Source of the DNA: Octopus vulgaris
Lineage: Eukaryota
DNA length: 64,000 nucleotides
Assembly (NCBI GenBank): GCA_951406725.2
Contig: OX597823.1
Coordinates: 38,254,001 to 38,318,000, forward strand
Direction: 5' to 3'
The position numbers and the translations under genes were made by a program. Positions 1-13,320 of the stretch are shown piece after piece. How positions within the stretch are numbered: position 1 is the first letter of the stretch; the number at the start of each line of letters is the position of its first letter. The notes under the pieces are model-generated. The model was given only the letters and a program-made list of their open reading frames with translations, was not told where the DNA came from and did no database searches.

Positions 1-110
1 CCTGAGACTATAGTAGAAGACACTTGCTCAAAGTGCCATGCAATGGGGCTGAACCCAGAACCATGTGGTTTGTAAGCAAGCTACTTACCACACAGCCACT
101 CCTACACCTA
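1..110 (-). mobile_element. SINE family A, 5' part (tRNA-like head)
   Basis: Reverse complement of the head seen at 23893 (gtaggagtggctgtgtggtaagtagcttg...ggttctgggttcag...cactttgagcaagtgtcttctactatag). Confidence 0.8.
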
Positions 111-114
111 TAAA

Positions 115-218
115 AGAAGATTCGACCTTGACCGAATTTGAACTCAGAACACAAGACGGACAAAACACCGTTCTTCATTTTCCCCGACGTGTTAACGATT
201 CAGCCAGCTCGCTGCCTT
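115..218 (-). mobile_element. SINE family B, 5' part
   Basis: Reverse complement reads aaggcagcgagctggctgaatcgttaac...gttctgagttcaaattc (A/B-box-like), same as the copies at 11177 and 40538. Confidence 0.75.
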
Positions 219-389
219 GAATAAATATATTCATTTATTTTTAAGTAACAATTTGTAAATGGCAGTGTTATTAATTACAGATATCTATTGGGACAATCAC
301 TGATTCGCACTTCAGATGATGGGAGTGATGAGGGAGTGCTTGTAACTTATTGCAGAACAAATTCCAATGGGGGACCTTGTTTGAAGATC

Positions 390-446
<57 letters not shown>

Positions 447-529
447 AGTTTCTTATTGACCCTGAAAGCATAAAAGGCTATACCAAAAAAGCTCTAATGA
501 CTGCCAATTCACAGCTTAGTTAAGACTTC

Positions 530-690
530 TTAACCATTTTGTTACCATATTTAGATACAGGCATGGTTCCGGGTTCAGTTCCACTGTTTGGCTACTTGGG
601 CAAGTGTCTTCTGCATATAGCCTCTGGCTGACCAATGCCTTGTGAATGGATTTGGTAGATGGAAACTGAAAGAAGCCCATCATATATGCA

Positions 691-724
<34 letters not shown>

Positions 725-1080
725 TGTGTGTGCGTGCGAGTGTGTGTAATTGTGTCTGTATTTATCCCCTACCACTGCTTGACAACTGGTGCTCATGTGT
801 TTATGTCCCTATAACTTAGCAGTTCAGCATAAGAGACCAATAGAATAAGTACTAGGCTAAAAAAAAAATATAATAAGTACTAGTGTTGATTTATTTGACT
901 AAAAATTCTTCAAGGCAGTGCCCCAGCATGGCCACAGTCAAATAATTGAGACAAATAGAAGATATGATATTTATGTGGAAAATTTACTGCCTATGTTTCA
1001 ATTAATTTTGAAAATAATTAAGAATTTAGTAAAAATGAATTTGTCATAAAAATCTGGTGTAAGAAGATAACATGAAATTT
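530..1080 (+). mobile_element. piggyBac-type MITE remnant interrupted by a SINE A copy (~555-960)
   Basis: ttaaccattttgttaccatattt start; downstream gcctatgtttcaattaattttgaaaataa matches the 41740-41980 element; the insert has the SINE A body, (TG)n and tail. Confidence 0.55.
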
Positions 1081-1381
1081 TGGTGAGAAGTGGAATGACA
1101 TGTTCTATTTGCATGTTAAATTACTTTTCTACTTCATAATCAAAATTAATAATGAAATAAATAAATAAATGCTTAAGAAACTGGTTTGGTTAAGGTAGTG
1201 AATAGTGTGCTGAAGTAAACCAATCCTTTCATCTCATACACTTTACTCTTTGGAAAATACAAAGTTTCCTTATCACTTAATATACAGCAGTGTTGTGAAT
1301 GAGTAAAGTATGCATTTCCTGATTGATCTAACAACAACAAGGATACAGTAATCACAATGATAATAACAATAATAATAATAG

Positions 1382-1592
1382 TGTCAAATTTTGGCACAAG
1401 GCCAACAACTTTGGGGGAGGAGGTGAGTTGAATACATTGACCCCAGTATTCAACTAGTACTTATTTTATTGATCCTGAGAGGACGAAAGGTAATGCTGAC
1501 ATTGGGGGAATTTGAACTTAGAACATAAAGAGAGATGAAATGCCGCTAAGTGTTTTGCCTGGTGTGCTAATGATTCTGCTAGTTTGCCGCCT
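1382..1592 (-). mobile_element. SINE family B
   Basis: Homologous to 6277-6478 and to the reverse complement of 40538-40749. Confidence 0.8.
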
Positions 1593-1982
1593 TAACAACA
1601 ATGACAATAATGATATTTACTTTATTTATCATTGGGTAAAAACAAATACATTTAAATATGATACTACACACACATGCACACGTACACAGTGCACACACAT
1701 ATATGCACACACATTCACACACATACATATACATACACATGTACACATACATGAGCAATACAGTGTAAGTGGAATTTGATGGGCTGAAACTGTGTAGAAA
1801 CCTGTCATAAACATAGCCATATCTTATGTTCATTTTCCATATTAACATGTGTTAGGTGAATGTATTATTAGTCTTGGTGGTTTGTATAAGATTTTATTGT
1901 TAAAATTTATCTGCAATAAACTGGGTATACTTCTGCAGCCTGACTATCAGTCTGAAGAAGACCAAAGTACTGGGCCAAGGTA

Positions 1983-2818
1983 CCAAGCACTCCTCCCCTA
2001 CCATCGCCATCAACAACTACAAGCTGAAGATAGTCCATGAATTCACCTATCTTGGCTCTACCATTGGTGATGACCTCTCCCTGGACCCTGAGATCAACAG
2101 GTGAATCGGACAAGCATCATCCACATTTGCCAGGCTCACAAAGAGTCTGGGAAAGCAAAAACCGGTTGCAAATATCAAGATTGCTGTCTATAAGGCATGC
2201 ACCCTTAGTACACTACTTTACAACAGTGAGACATGGAACCTCTACTCCAGACAGGAGTGGCGTCTCAACATCTTCCAGCTTTGTAATTTGAGACACATCT
2301 TGGATATCAAGTGGGCAAACCACATCACTAACACCAAAGTTTTCAACTGTGCCAAGATACCCAATACACTCACTCTGCTCCAGCAGTGTCATCTGTGTGT
2401 GTGTGCTTGGTCATGTACATCACATACTGAACGGGAGGAACCAAAAAGGCCTCCTGCATGAGGAATTGACTACCAGCACAAGAGCACAAGGATGACCTCA
2501 TCTTCATTTCAAGGATATCTACAAGAGAAATATGAAGTCAACTGATATGGACGTCCTGGGATGGGAGGAGGTTGCAAATGATTGCCCACACAGGAGATGA
2601 AGAGAGCAGGAAAGAAAAAAAAAAAGACAGGAACTTGCCACCAAAGAAAAGGGCACCTGACAGAAAGAAAAACCAATAGCACTGGCAGAGAGTTCCTTCA
2701 AATGCAATCGCTGTATGCATGACTACCACTCCCATGTGGTGCAGATACTGCACCAACATCAGTAGCTGACACGATTTCTTCGAGTACAGATCCATGGCTT
2801 CTCGAGACCAATGGCTAC

Positions 2819-2850
<32 letters not shown>
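1983..2850 (-). mobile_element. RTE-clade LINE 3' fragment with (CTA)n tail (coding sense is on the + strand)
   Basis: Broken + frames read IAINNYKLKIVHEFTYLGS...LDPEINR*IGQASSTFARLTKSL, then WLGH-like and GR/P-like C-terminal RTE motifs, ending in ctacct(act)n. Confidence 0.7.
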
Positions 2851-3020
2851 GTATATAAAATATTTTAATAATTTTTTAATACAATTCCTTATAATATTTA
2901 AGTATAAAAATGATAGGATTATTTTTAAACGTTGAATGGCTATGAAGGTCCTTCCAAGTAAAATAGAAATTAAAGGGGTCCATAGGAAAAACATAGTTGG
3001 AAAACACTGGTCTGTTCTGA

Positions 3021-3022
<2 letters not shown>

Positions 3023-3104
<82 letters not shown>
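3023..3104. repeat. (GA)n microsatellite
   Basis: Pure GA run. Confidence 0.97.
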
Positions 3105-3110
<6 letters not shown>

Positions 3111-3897
3111 ATTAAGTTATATTAAATATACAATAATAATTCTTGATTTATTGAAATTATCTTTGGTTTGGAGATAATAAACTAACAACAAATGGTGATT
3201 GCAACAGATTCTTAATGAGAAGAGATGATCTCAACATTAAAGAATTCTCTGGAATTGATATGTCACTAAGAAGAAGACAGTCTCTCTCTTGCACACAGAT
3301 ATAACACACACATGCACACACACATATGCATGCATACAGATGTACACACACATGACACATATACATGCACATGCAGCACACACACATATGCATGCATATA
3401 GATGCACATACATACACACATACACACATACATACATATGTGAACACACATACACACACACACACACATACCTTATCATCATCATCTTTTTAACATCCAC
3501 TTTTCTATGCTGGCATGAATCAAATAAAATTCATTAAGACAGATTTTCTGCTGTAGAATGCTTTTCCTATCAACAACCCTCATCTGTTTCCAAATAAGGA
3601 AGTATTCCCCCTTGTCATCCATTCAGGAACAGCACACTGGCCAAACATAATTTCACAGAAAATTGCAATCATACTACTTTGTTTGATAGCGATGTTTGTT
3701 TGCAAGACAAAGAGACACAAACACACTCAAGTACAAACATACATTCTTTCAGTTACTGTCTATCAAATCCATTCACAAGGCTTTGGTCAACCCAGGCCAC
3801 TTGCTCAAGTGCTGCACAATGGGACTGAATCTAAAACCACTTGGTTGCAAAGCAAAGTTCTTAACACTCCTTAACTGCACAACAATGCCTGCTCCTA

Positions 3898-3931
<34 letters not shown>

Positions 3932-3933
3932 TA

Positions 3934-4752
3934 TAGTGTGTCCCAAAATTAGAGCAATCAGCTTTTTTCAATTTTGCCAAAGCAAAATATTGCTATATTT
4001 CGGGTCTGAGTGTTGCAATGCAATGGTAAAGGAAGCACTATTATGACACTACCATATTTATTTGATATGACAACTTCGATTTATGAGTCCACACTTGACG
4101 GAAACAGATACACTCCAAAGTCGATCGTTCTGATTGTTTACTGTCTGTTCGATGTCAGATTTCTGTTCATCAGTGAATACCAGGTTGGGCAGCATACCTT
4201 CAGCAATTTGATGCAGGATAAGATGACTTCTCTCCAATTTCATGGCCTTATAAACTTGTATGAGCTCATGACGATTGATCATCTTGTAGGGATAGGTCCT
4301 GAGATCCTCCTTTAGTACTTGATACATCAATGTTCAGCATATTTTTGTTGTGGTAGCCAGTTTTCTGACAGAACGATGAGGATTTTGCCATATCTTTTCT
4401 CTGGTATTTTTGATAAGCTGAGGGGTCCGGACACTTCTTTTTCAGACACATCCAGGCTGAGTAGCAGTGGAACCAGTCTCTTTGAAATTTCTCAACAATT
4501 TTTCAGACTGCTGTTTAGTTAATTTTAAGCTTTTTTGCTATAGCTGTATTACTTTTGCCTTCTTTGTGGAGGGTTATAATTGTATTTTGGTCTATAGCCA
4601 TTATTTAATTTATAAATCTGAACTTATTTAGTTTGAAACAAAAAGAAGATACACTAATATTTTATAATGATGTATAATTTTCATAGCTTATCACATTTAT
4701 TAATAGTTATTAAAGCCCGAAACTTCGGTTGCCTTAATTTCAGGACACTTTG
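3934..4752 (-). mobile_element. Internally deleted Tc1/mariner element, DD37D (maT)-like
   Basis: TIR-like ends tagtgtgtcccaaaattagagcaa / ttgccttaatttcaggacactttg with TA flanks; ORF 4058-4330 LKEDLRTYPYK...LVFTDEQK..IEQTVNNQNDRLWS is typical of DD37D transposases. Confidence 0.8.
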
Positions 4753-5042
4753 TATATGCATACACACATATGCTCAAACAAATAAATAGTATATATATAT
4801 ATATATATATATATAGATGTTTTCAATCTAGTTTGGATTCTTTGCCATCAAATTTGAATTCTTTGCAATCAAATTTGAATTTTTCAATTGGTACTCAAGC
4901 CTTGAAAAAAAAACAGAGTTAAACTACATCAGCCGTAAGGGAATACATGTCTATCTTATCTAACTCGTCCAGTGGAGCCCACTGTTGCTCAAACTTCAAT
5001 CTAACCCTGAGCTTATATATATATATGTGTGTATGTGTGTGT

Positions 5043-5190
5043 GTGTGGCTGTGCTTTCCAACCACATGGTTCTGGGATCTCTCCCACTGTGTGGAATCAT
5101 GGACAAATGTCTTTTACTATAGCTTCAGGCTGACCAAAGCCTTGTGAGTGGATTTGGTTGACGAAAACTAAAAGAAGCCTATTGTATATA

Positions 5191-5246
<56 letters not shown>

Positions 5247-5448
5247 GTGTTTGTGTTAGCCCCACACCCCCACTTTACAACTTGTGTTGGTTTGTTTATA
5301 TTCACATAACTTAGCAGTTCAGCAAAAAAGAGTGATATAATGAGTACCTAGCTTAAAAAAATAAGTCCTGCAGTTGATACATTTGACTAAAATTCTTCAA
5401 GGCTGTGCATTAGCATGGTCACTCTCTGATGACTGAAACAAGGAAAAC

Positions 5449-5450
<2 letters not shown>
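5043..5450 (+). mobile_element. SINE family A with internal (TA)n
   Basis: gtgtggc...ccaaccacatggttctggg...gccttgtgagtggatttgg; tail gactgaaacaag. Confidence 0.75.
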
Positions 5451-5512
<62 letters not shown>

Positions 5513-5660
5513 ATAAATAAATACATACATACATACATACATACATACATACATACATACAAATATATGTACATGTACATACATACATATACATATATGC
5601 GTATGTGTGTGTGTTTTTGTGCATGTATCAATAAAACTGTACATTATATAGTTACATCCA

Positions 5661-5714
<54 letters not shown>

Positions 5715-6276
5715 CCAACATTTATTACCATTCCTGCACTACCCACATAGAATTCTAACCATTCTAGGTTCTAATTACATCTGTTACATAATTCATAGAT
5801 CTTCAGATTTTATTTCCCTAAGAAATCTTGAAAGTGCTATAATGTTCCCACCATTTTGATCTCGGCTGTTTACAAGATTCATTATATAACATCCATTCTA
5901 ATCAATCTCTTTCTTTCTTTCTTTCTTTCTTCTTACTTTCTTCTTTCTTTCTTCCTTTCTTTCTTCTCTTCCTACTCCTTCTTTTTCTTCTTTCATGATA
6001 AGTGAGAACCATCCAGAAATCAATACTAATGTAAACAATTTTCATGGACAGTTTAACTAAATCTAATATTTAATTAAGTCATGTCATACTGTTCTGCCTA
6101 TTAAGATGTCAGCTTCCATGATGGAAAGATATCAAGTTCCATCTTAGTTTACAGCAGTAAACTGGGATTATACTCAGTAAGTGGGTGTCAGAATATTTAA
6201 ACATGGGGTTTTGAAAACCTTAAGTAGAATGATGTATGTGAGTAGAAAAAATATGTAAAAGTTACTGGATTTTAAT

Positions 6277-6478
6277 ATTGATTTCAAATTTTGGCACAAG
6301 GTCAGCAATTTCAGGGGAGGGGGTAAGTTGATAACATTGACCCCAGTATTCAACTGGTACTTATTTTATCAACCCTGAAAGGATAAAAGGTAAAGTTTGA
6401 GCTCAAAACATAAAGATGGACGAAACACTGCTAAGTATTTTGCTCGGCTTGCTAACAATTCAGCCAGTTCGCCATCTT
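6277..6478 (-). mobile_element. SINE family B
   Basis: Homology to other B copies. Confidence 0.8.
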
Positions 6479-6529
6479 AACTGGATTCTAATCATTTTTG
6501 TTTTCAAGCAAATATGGAAAATACTGCTA

Positions 6530-6910
6530 ACAAACTTGTATCCAATCCAGCCAGGTCACACACCAATCACTATGCTCAGTTCTTCTTTTCCCGAATGTGG
6601 CACATAAAAAGCACCATCCGATCGTGGCTGTTGCCAGCCTCGCCTGGCCTCTGTGCCGGTGGCATGTAAAAAGCTCCATCCGATCGTGGCTGTTTGCCTG
6701 CCTCGTCTGGCACCTGTGCCGGTGGCACATAAAAAGCACCCACTACACTCATGGAGTGGTTGGCGTTAGGAAGGGCATCCAGCCGTAGAAACATTGCCAG
6801 ATCAGACTGGGCCTGTGCAGCCTTCTGGCTTCCCAGACCCCAGTTGAACCGTCCAACCCATGCCAGCATGGAAAGCGAATGCTAAACGATGATGATGATG
6901 ATGATGATGA
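6530..6910 (+). mobile_element. RTE-related non-autonomous repeat (family D) with ~62-bp internal repeats and (GAT)n tail
   Basis: Repeated gtggcacataaaaagcaccatccgatcgtggctg; 3' end ccatgccagcatggaaagc...aaacgatgatg; reverse-complement copy at 52686-53080. Confidence 0.8.
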
Positions 6911-7764
6911 ATTCTCTCCTTGCTTATATCTACTCTGCAGGGGTTGGCTCTGAGTTACACTAAAAAGCATTTGTTTAAAGTACTGTGCAGTGAAATTGAA
7001 CCCCTAGTCACTTGATTGGAAAGCAAACCACCAAACAACAAAATCCTCATTCCTATACTCCAATAAAGAACTGGGAACATAATCCAATTTTTCTAGCCCT
7101 GAGCAAACACTACTTCTCAGTCCTGTTATTGCATAGTTCACCCAACTACAGTGAAAAATTAATATTTTCTGTAAGAATTTCATTTCTGAATAACAAAGAC
7201 GAATTATTGTTAGACACATTGGAGGTTTCCACACAATTAATCTCAGTTGATGTAGTTCTGTTTTTCCATTACATTGCTCTAATAGCTATATCATCATCAT
7301 CATTATTATCGTCAACATTCTCCTTTCCCTCCTTCCTTCCCACTCCACCTCCTCCTCCTCCGTTCTCTTCCTCTCCCCTCCTCCTCTTCTTTATCATTAA
7401 CGTCATCGTCATCCTCCCCTCTCCTTCCTCCTCCCCTTTTCCTCTTCCTCCCCCTCTTCCTCCTCATCCTCCTCTTCCTATTGCTTTTCTTCCTCCTGCT
7501 TCTCTTCCTGCTGCTGCTGCTCCTCCTCCTCCTCCTCCTCCTCCCCCTCCTTGTTGTTGACAAACACTATTGGTGACAGTATCATCATCATTGTCGTCGT
7601 TGTCATAATCAATCGTCGTCATCATCATCATCATTTTATGTCCATCTTTTCATGCTGGCAAGGATTGGAAAAGTCTTGTATTGTTCTCACCAATCATTCA
7701 ACAGAGGTTTCTTCTGCAAATTTGTTTTCTGGTGCCATTGTTAAAAATTGTTATTATTACTAAG

Positions 7765-8270
7765 CAAGAAAAAAGCACACACCATCAAAGAGATGCTGGG
7801 GTATAAATATACAATGCTCAATATACACATCACCACTACCCATATGATATGTGTACACTAGGCATATGCATCACATCTATATGACTACAACATGGTGACC
7901 TTATATCATCAATATAAATAGTGCATTGCCTTGCAGGTGGGGTCCAGTTAGAATTTCTTCAGGACAAAGAAGCCCATCCTACTCAAAAGGTCCCTGAATA
8001 AGGGTTGTTTAAGAATGATGAATGAACACCCATATTTCCAGGGGGGAATTATTCAAACCTCAAAGAATCCTTTTCAACACATAGCTATGATGCTCCCCAA
8101 CTACTCTTGCTCATGATTAGAGATGTACATACCATCAGCCACTAAAGGACATGCTCAGCTGGTTAAGGTCAAACAACTGATAAGCAAATTTTTGGAACTG
8201 AGTAAAATATTTGCTCTCTTTCAATCTGTTTGGATCAGAAGCCATGCCACCACTGTCTGGTACAGCATTA
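7765..8270. mobile_element. Unclassified interspersed repeat (other copies at ~16895-17055 and ~19385-19670)
   Basis: ggctatgatgctcccc...atcagccactaagggacatgctc...ggttaaggtcaaacaactg recurs three times in the window. Confidence 0.65.
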
Positions 8271-8469
8271 TTATTATTTCACATACACACAACAGATTAA
8301 CTGTTGGAAAAGATTTCCTAACATCGGGCTGCAACAAGTAACCTTACATGCCAAGAACCTTCCTAAATATCCTACATGTCCCTAATAACACTGTTTTCTG
8401 GAGCTGCACTAAACTAGGCTTTATGCCTAATTCCTCTATCTATCTATATATCTCTTCAAATCTTTAGGG

Positions 8470-8990
8470 CTAGTCCCTAATGCATTTATAACAAGAGAGA
8501 TATATTTTATTTGCACTTTCTATAGCCTCTGCAACTCAGTGGCTAGGTTCTGGTACTTTGCTATTTTCTCTATACCTCTCATATTGACTTTCTTATCACT
8601 TGGGACTGTAAAGTCAATTACTTGGCATTTTCTATTCTCTTTGTCCAATACTATATTCTACTCAGTCAGTCTGAATGCAAAAATTCCACAACATCTTTTA
8701 TTTCTAAAACTTTCTTAGACTTTATTAGGTTCATGTTCATACCATTTATCAGTATAGTAAAATCCTAGCATTCTATGTAAATCCAAATGGATTAATCTCC
8801 CTAGGTTTTCCTGTCTTTTCTTGTATTCTTTCTGTCCCAGCAGCATGCTACATTCATTTACTATATGAGTAACACTTTCCGTTTCTTGATTTACATGACC
8901 AACATTGGGAATCTACCTGATTTTTGTCTATTTTTGCTTTTATTCAATTAGTCCTCAATGCTTAATCTTGTGCTGCTCCTAACAAACTTA
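8470..8990 (-). mobile_element. R4/Dong-like RLE non-LTR retrotransposon 3' fragment
   Basis: Minus strand reads CNQETESVTHIVNECSML (zinc knuckle)...IVLDKENRKCQVIDFTVPSDKKV..EKIAKYQNLATELQRL (PD-(D/E)xK-type endonuclease). Confidence 0.8.
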
Positions 8991-9004
8991 TTACTATTAT
9001 TTGT

Positions 9005-9530
9005 TGAAAACTCTAGGCTTATTTTGTTGGGCATGATGGACAGTGTCAGCTGTCCACAGCCAGCAGACTAAGGTGACATTTGTTTACTGGTCATGCTTTA
9101 AGAACTCTGTGAAGAATTCTTGCAGTTCCAAGTAATGCTGATTTTTGCAGGTGTTCTACCTTTACACTTGTACCAATCATTTTGAACCATGTTGGTAGTT
9201 GGGTGCTGATACTTCCACGTGCACCAATTACTATTGGTATCATGTCTATTCTCCTCATTGACCACAACTTTTGTATTTTCTACATCAAATTGTCATACTT
9301 GTTCAGTTTTACTTTTTTTTTCTCTTTGATCCTGTTGTCACCGAGATATGCTATGTTGATTATCATGCAAGTTTTTCTTTGTCATTCACCAAAAAAATGT
9401 CCTGTTTCTGATGTCTGGTCAAGTGATTGCATCAAATCATTGCATCACACAGGAATTTTGCAATCTTCATTCTCGGTGACTCCTTCTGGGGTTTTCTCAT
9501 ACCACATCTTTGCTCTTTGTTATCTTGTAT
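9005..9530 (-). mobile_element. R4/Dong-like LINE 3' end (same family as 12785-13320)
   Basis: LWSMRRIDMIPIVIGARGSIS...LQKSALLGTARILHRVL* followed by a shared 3' UTR. Confidence 0.8.
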
Positions 9531-9616
9531 TATTATCATCATCACCATCATCATCATCATCATCATCATCATCACCACCACCATCATCATCATCATCATC
9601 ATCATCATCATATTAC

Positions 9617-9669
<53 letters not shown>

Positions 9670-10671
9670 TATTTTAAAAGGATTGACGTAACTCTTCATG
9701 ACAGTAAATAGACAATACGAAGAGCGTCATGTAATGCAATAGATATTTTATTGGTATGAATGATATTTTGACTACTTGCCTGTCTTTGTCAAGCTCAAAA
9801 TGAAAAGTGATACATAGAAATTCAAAATTATAGAAATTCAAATTCAAAAGTTTGAATGAGGAGATCCTGCATTCCCACTTTCACAGAATGACACCATCAG
9901 TGTTCAATTTTCAATTTTACAACTGGCAAAAAGAAAAAAAAAAAAAGGAAAATCAAAGAAAAAAAAAGAATACAAGTCACAAAATGAGAAACTGACAATT
10001 CTATCAGTTAAAAAACTTAATTGTTTTCGTGCTAATATCAATAGTCAGTTATCATTTCAGGATGCATGCAAATAGGAAGGTCTTACATCAAATATACCAA
10101 TGTGTGCATCACAGCCTGATGATTCATTGCTTCAAAACTTTAAATTGATTAATGAGAGCAATTTATTTCACATAATGGAAGCTATTATTCAACACCATTG
10201 TCAAAATTAATATCACTTGGTGCAGACATTACGAAGAATTTGAGTGTCCTTGAACAGGTATGTTCTAAAAATCGTTTCAGCTATTTCTGTAATTGTCTGA
10301 TGAACTTTGAAAAACTGGAAATTTTGTCCCTGAAGACAAAAAAGAAAAGAAGCTGAAAAGGCTGATTTCCCATTTCTCTGAGACAATGGGCAAAGGAACA
10401 TTTTGGTTGAGAACATTTGCTTTGAAATATGAGAATTCATTTTTACTTTCGGGACAAACTTATTGATGTCAGCTCAAAAATCATAGCAGAAACTTTTCCT
10501 GAAATTCCAAAACAACCAGCCATTTTTTTCTCACATACATTCCACACAGCTCATCATTCATCCATCACACCAGGAGCATCACTTTTCATTTTGAACTCAA
10601 CAAAGACAGGCATGCTGTTGAAATATCGTTCAAAATATCTATTACAATCACATTGTGCTCCTCATATTGTC

Positions 10672-10709
<38 letters not shown>

Positions 10710-10714
<5 letters not shown>

Positions 10715-11400
10715 TACTTTTAATCTGTATGTTTGTTACAATCATTTGCCGAGACACAACCCTTGTTACAATCACTTGCCAAGACACAGCCCTTGTTATA
10801 ATCACTTGCTGAGACACATCTCTTGATTTCACTTGCTCCGGCTAATTCTATAAGAGTGAACAACAGCCTGTTGTTAAGGTCTCACAGTGTCTCTTTCCAT
10901 GACACTTAACATCCATGTGCCAATCTCAAAATTCCTCAGTAATGCAGGTTTCTGAGAATTGTTCTGCCCCCATGTCAATCCCAATTTCTCCAACAAATTT
11001 CTCAGATCATGTTGGTAATGCTCCCAGTACCCCTACAACTACTGGGATGACAGTCACTTTCTTCATTGCTGATAGTCATAGAACCTTATCTTTTAGTGGC
11101 TTATACTTCTCAATCTTTTCCAGTTCTTTAGCATCAAATCATACAACTCCAAGTATGGCAATATCTATGATCTTGAAGGCGGCGAGCTGGCAGAAACGTT
11201 AGCATGTGGGCGAAATACTTAGCAGTATTTTGTCTGTCTTTACATTCTGAGTTGATAATTGAATGCCAGTTGTGTACTGGGTCGATCTAATCAACTGGCC
11301 CCCACTCTCCACAAAAATTTCGGGCCTTGTGCCATGACTATAAAAGAATATCTATGATCTTGATTTCCTTCATCATTTTTTCAACTACAACAATGTTTAT
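10710..11400 (-). mobile_element. R4/Dong-like LINE 3' end with 30-bp tandem repeats in the 3' UTR, interrupted by SINE B
   Basis: IIDIAI...EKIEKYKPL...VTVIPVVVGVLGA; unit ttgttacaatcacttgccgagacacaaccc about x4 at 10734-10840. Confidence 0.75.
11177..11346 (+). mobile_element. SINE family B with 17-bp TSD
   Basis: aatatctatgatcttga at 11160-11176 and 11347-11363. Confidence 0.9.
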
Positions 11401-11414
11401 ATTATTATTATTTT

Positions 11415-12260
11415 CATATACACTCAACAGATTAGACTGTTGGAAAAGAAAAAATCCTAACACCAGGCTACAAGTAACCTAAGCACCTGATCTATTCGGA
11501 TTAGGAAATTCCATAAGATTTTGCAGGTCTCTGATTTTACCACTCCCTGTGGTTTGTGCTCAAACCACGTCTTGCCTACTTCTAGACCACACTTTTCACA
11601 CAGTTTCCAATGTAACACTTTCATTACTTTATTGTGTCACCTCAACTTGTACTAGTTTGGGCAAGCTGAGGGCATTCATTCATGATATGGGCAATGGTTT
11701 CATCAACTCTGGTGCAGTGGAAACACTTGCTCATTTCTAAGGTTGACCATCTAATTAGTGGCCAAAGCTTGATCTTGTACTACCAGTACTGTGCTCTCAG
11801 TTTCTTTTATCAGTGCTCATTTCTTTAGCCAGTCCCACCTATGTTTTCCAGCAGCTACATGGGATTGATTGTTTAGTCCCTTGTTGCATAGTGCTACTTC
11901 ATGTCCTTCTTGTACTTCTCGTTTTGTTCTTTTCTTTTTCCCTGATTTCAATCAGCCCTTATTTTTAACTGACCCTAGCAAGGTTTCCTCACATTGGGAT
12001 AGATACTTCAGCAGGTTCCTCTCTTCATGTATAGACTATATCTGTGCCTGCACATGGATGATGGGCTCCATGCATCGTTAGGCACTTTCTTGTCTTCCCA
12101 TCCTACTCTTTTAGTTCATCCTCCATCCACTTCCGAATTCCAGCCCCATACTGAACCACTTCAGCTGCATGCAAGTTTATTGTCAAAATTATGATTTTGT
12201 CATTCAACTTTGAATTCAAAATTTTTCTCAATTGTTGATACTCGTCTTTTCTTTCCTTTC
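11415..12260 (-). mobile_element. Degraded R4/Dong-like LINE fragment
   Basis: 3' UTR shared with 8283-8350; minus strand has LKK...LIKETESTVLVVQDQAL-like and CFHC motifs. Confidence 0.6.
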
Positions 12261-12279
12261 ATATTATTATTATCATTCT

Positions 12280-12745
12280 ATGTTTGACTTTTGCTTTATG
12301 TCTGTACAAGTTGGCTCCAAGTCTCACCCAGAGACCTCAAGAGACAACAGGTTGGAAGTTCTGTGCCATATATTTGGGTTTTTTTTTTTTTTTGGTGTTG
12401 TACTAGTGAATGTCTAATACATAAAAATAAAATTAAAAAAAAAAAAAAATAAATAAATAAAAAAGTTCGTTTTAAACCTTGGGATTACATAGAGAGTATT
12501 TTGCGTAGGATATGAGCAGTTCCCATGAGCACTATCTTTTGAATTTCTGCCATTTTGGGGTTTCCTGGTATCTGAGTTAGGTAGCAATCAGTCCCTTTTC
12601 GCTATCATTCCCAGGGCACCTATGACAACAGGTATTGTTTTAGTCTTCAGCTTTCACATTTTGCTGATTTCTATTTCAAGATCTTTATATTTGCTCAGTT
12701 TTTGGTAGGTCTTGACAGATACGTTTATATCGATTGGGACAGTCA
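12280..12745 (-). mobile_element. R4/Dong-like LINE 3' end (same family as 14555-15420)
   Basis: TVPIDINVSVKTYQKLSKYKDLEIEISKM*KLKTKTIPVVIGALG...IQKIVLMGTAHILRKILS. Confidence 0.85.
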
Positions 12746-12784
12746 TTATTAATATTATTATTATTATTATTATTATTATATGAA

Positions 12785-13320
12785 GACTCACAGCTTATTT
12801 TGCTGGGTATGGTGGACAGTGTCAGCTGTCCACAGCCAGCAGACTAAGGTGACATTTGTTTACTGGTCATGCTTCAAGAACACTGCAGAGAATTCTTCCA
12901 TTTCTAAGCAATGCTGATTTTTGTAGGTGTTCTACCTTCACACTTGCACCAATCTTTTTTCAGCCATGTTGGTAGTTGAGTGCTGATACTTCCAAGTGCA
13001 CCAACTACTATTGATACCACATCTACTCTTTTCATTGATCCCAACCTTCATATTTCCCACTTCAAATTGTCATAGTTGTTTTATTTTTTTCTTCTTGTTT
13101 CACATTGATCCTGTTGTCACCAGGGTGTGCTATGTTGATTATCATACATGTTCTTTCTTTTTTATTCACCACAACAATGTCTGGTCAGATAATTGCACTG
13201 GGTCATTGCATCCCACAGGATTTTGCAATTTTCATTTTCAGTTACTCCTTTTGGATTTTGCTCATACCACGCCTTTGCTCTTTGTAGGCTGTGATTTCCA
13301 CAGAGCTCCCAATGGAGCCA
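12785..13320 (-). mobile_element. R4/Dong-like LINE 3' end
   Basis: Closely similar to 9005-9530; PDIVVVNKKERTCMIINIAHP motif. Confidence 0.8.

Noticed and set aside
5420-5450. ctgatgactgaaac in the SINE A tail resembles a hammerhead core
   Set aside because: No stem I pairing or usable stem II/III; other copies read ctaatga or caaatga
7012-7563. 182-aa Pro-rich ORF and antisense Arg-rich ORF
   Set aside because: Driven by (CCT)n low complexity; no recognisable domain
10290-10340. CTGATGA followed by GAAA
   Set aside because: Flanks cannot form stems I and III around a UH triplet
10060-10620. Complex-looking unique sequence as a possible exon
   Set aside because: Frames are short or stop-interrupted and no homology was recognisable
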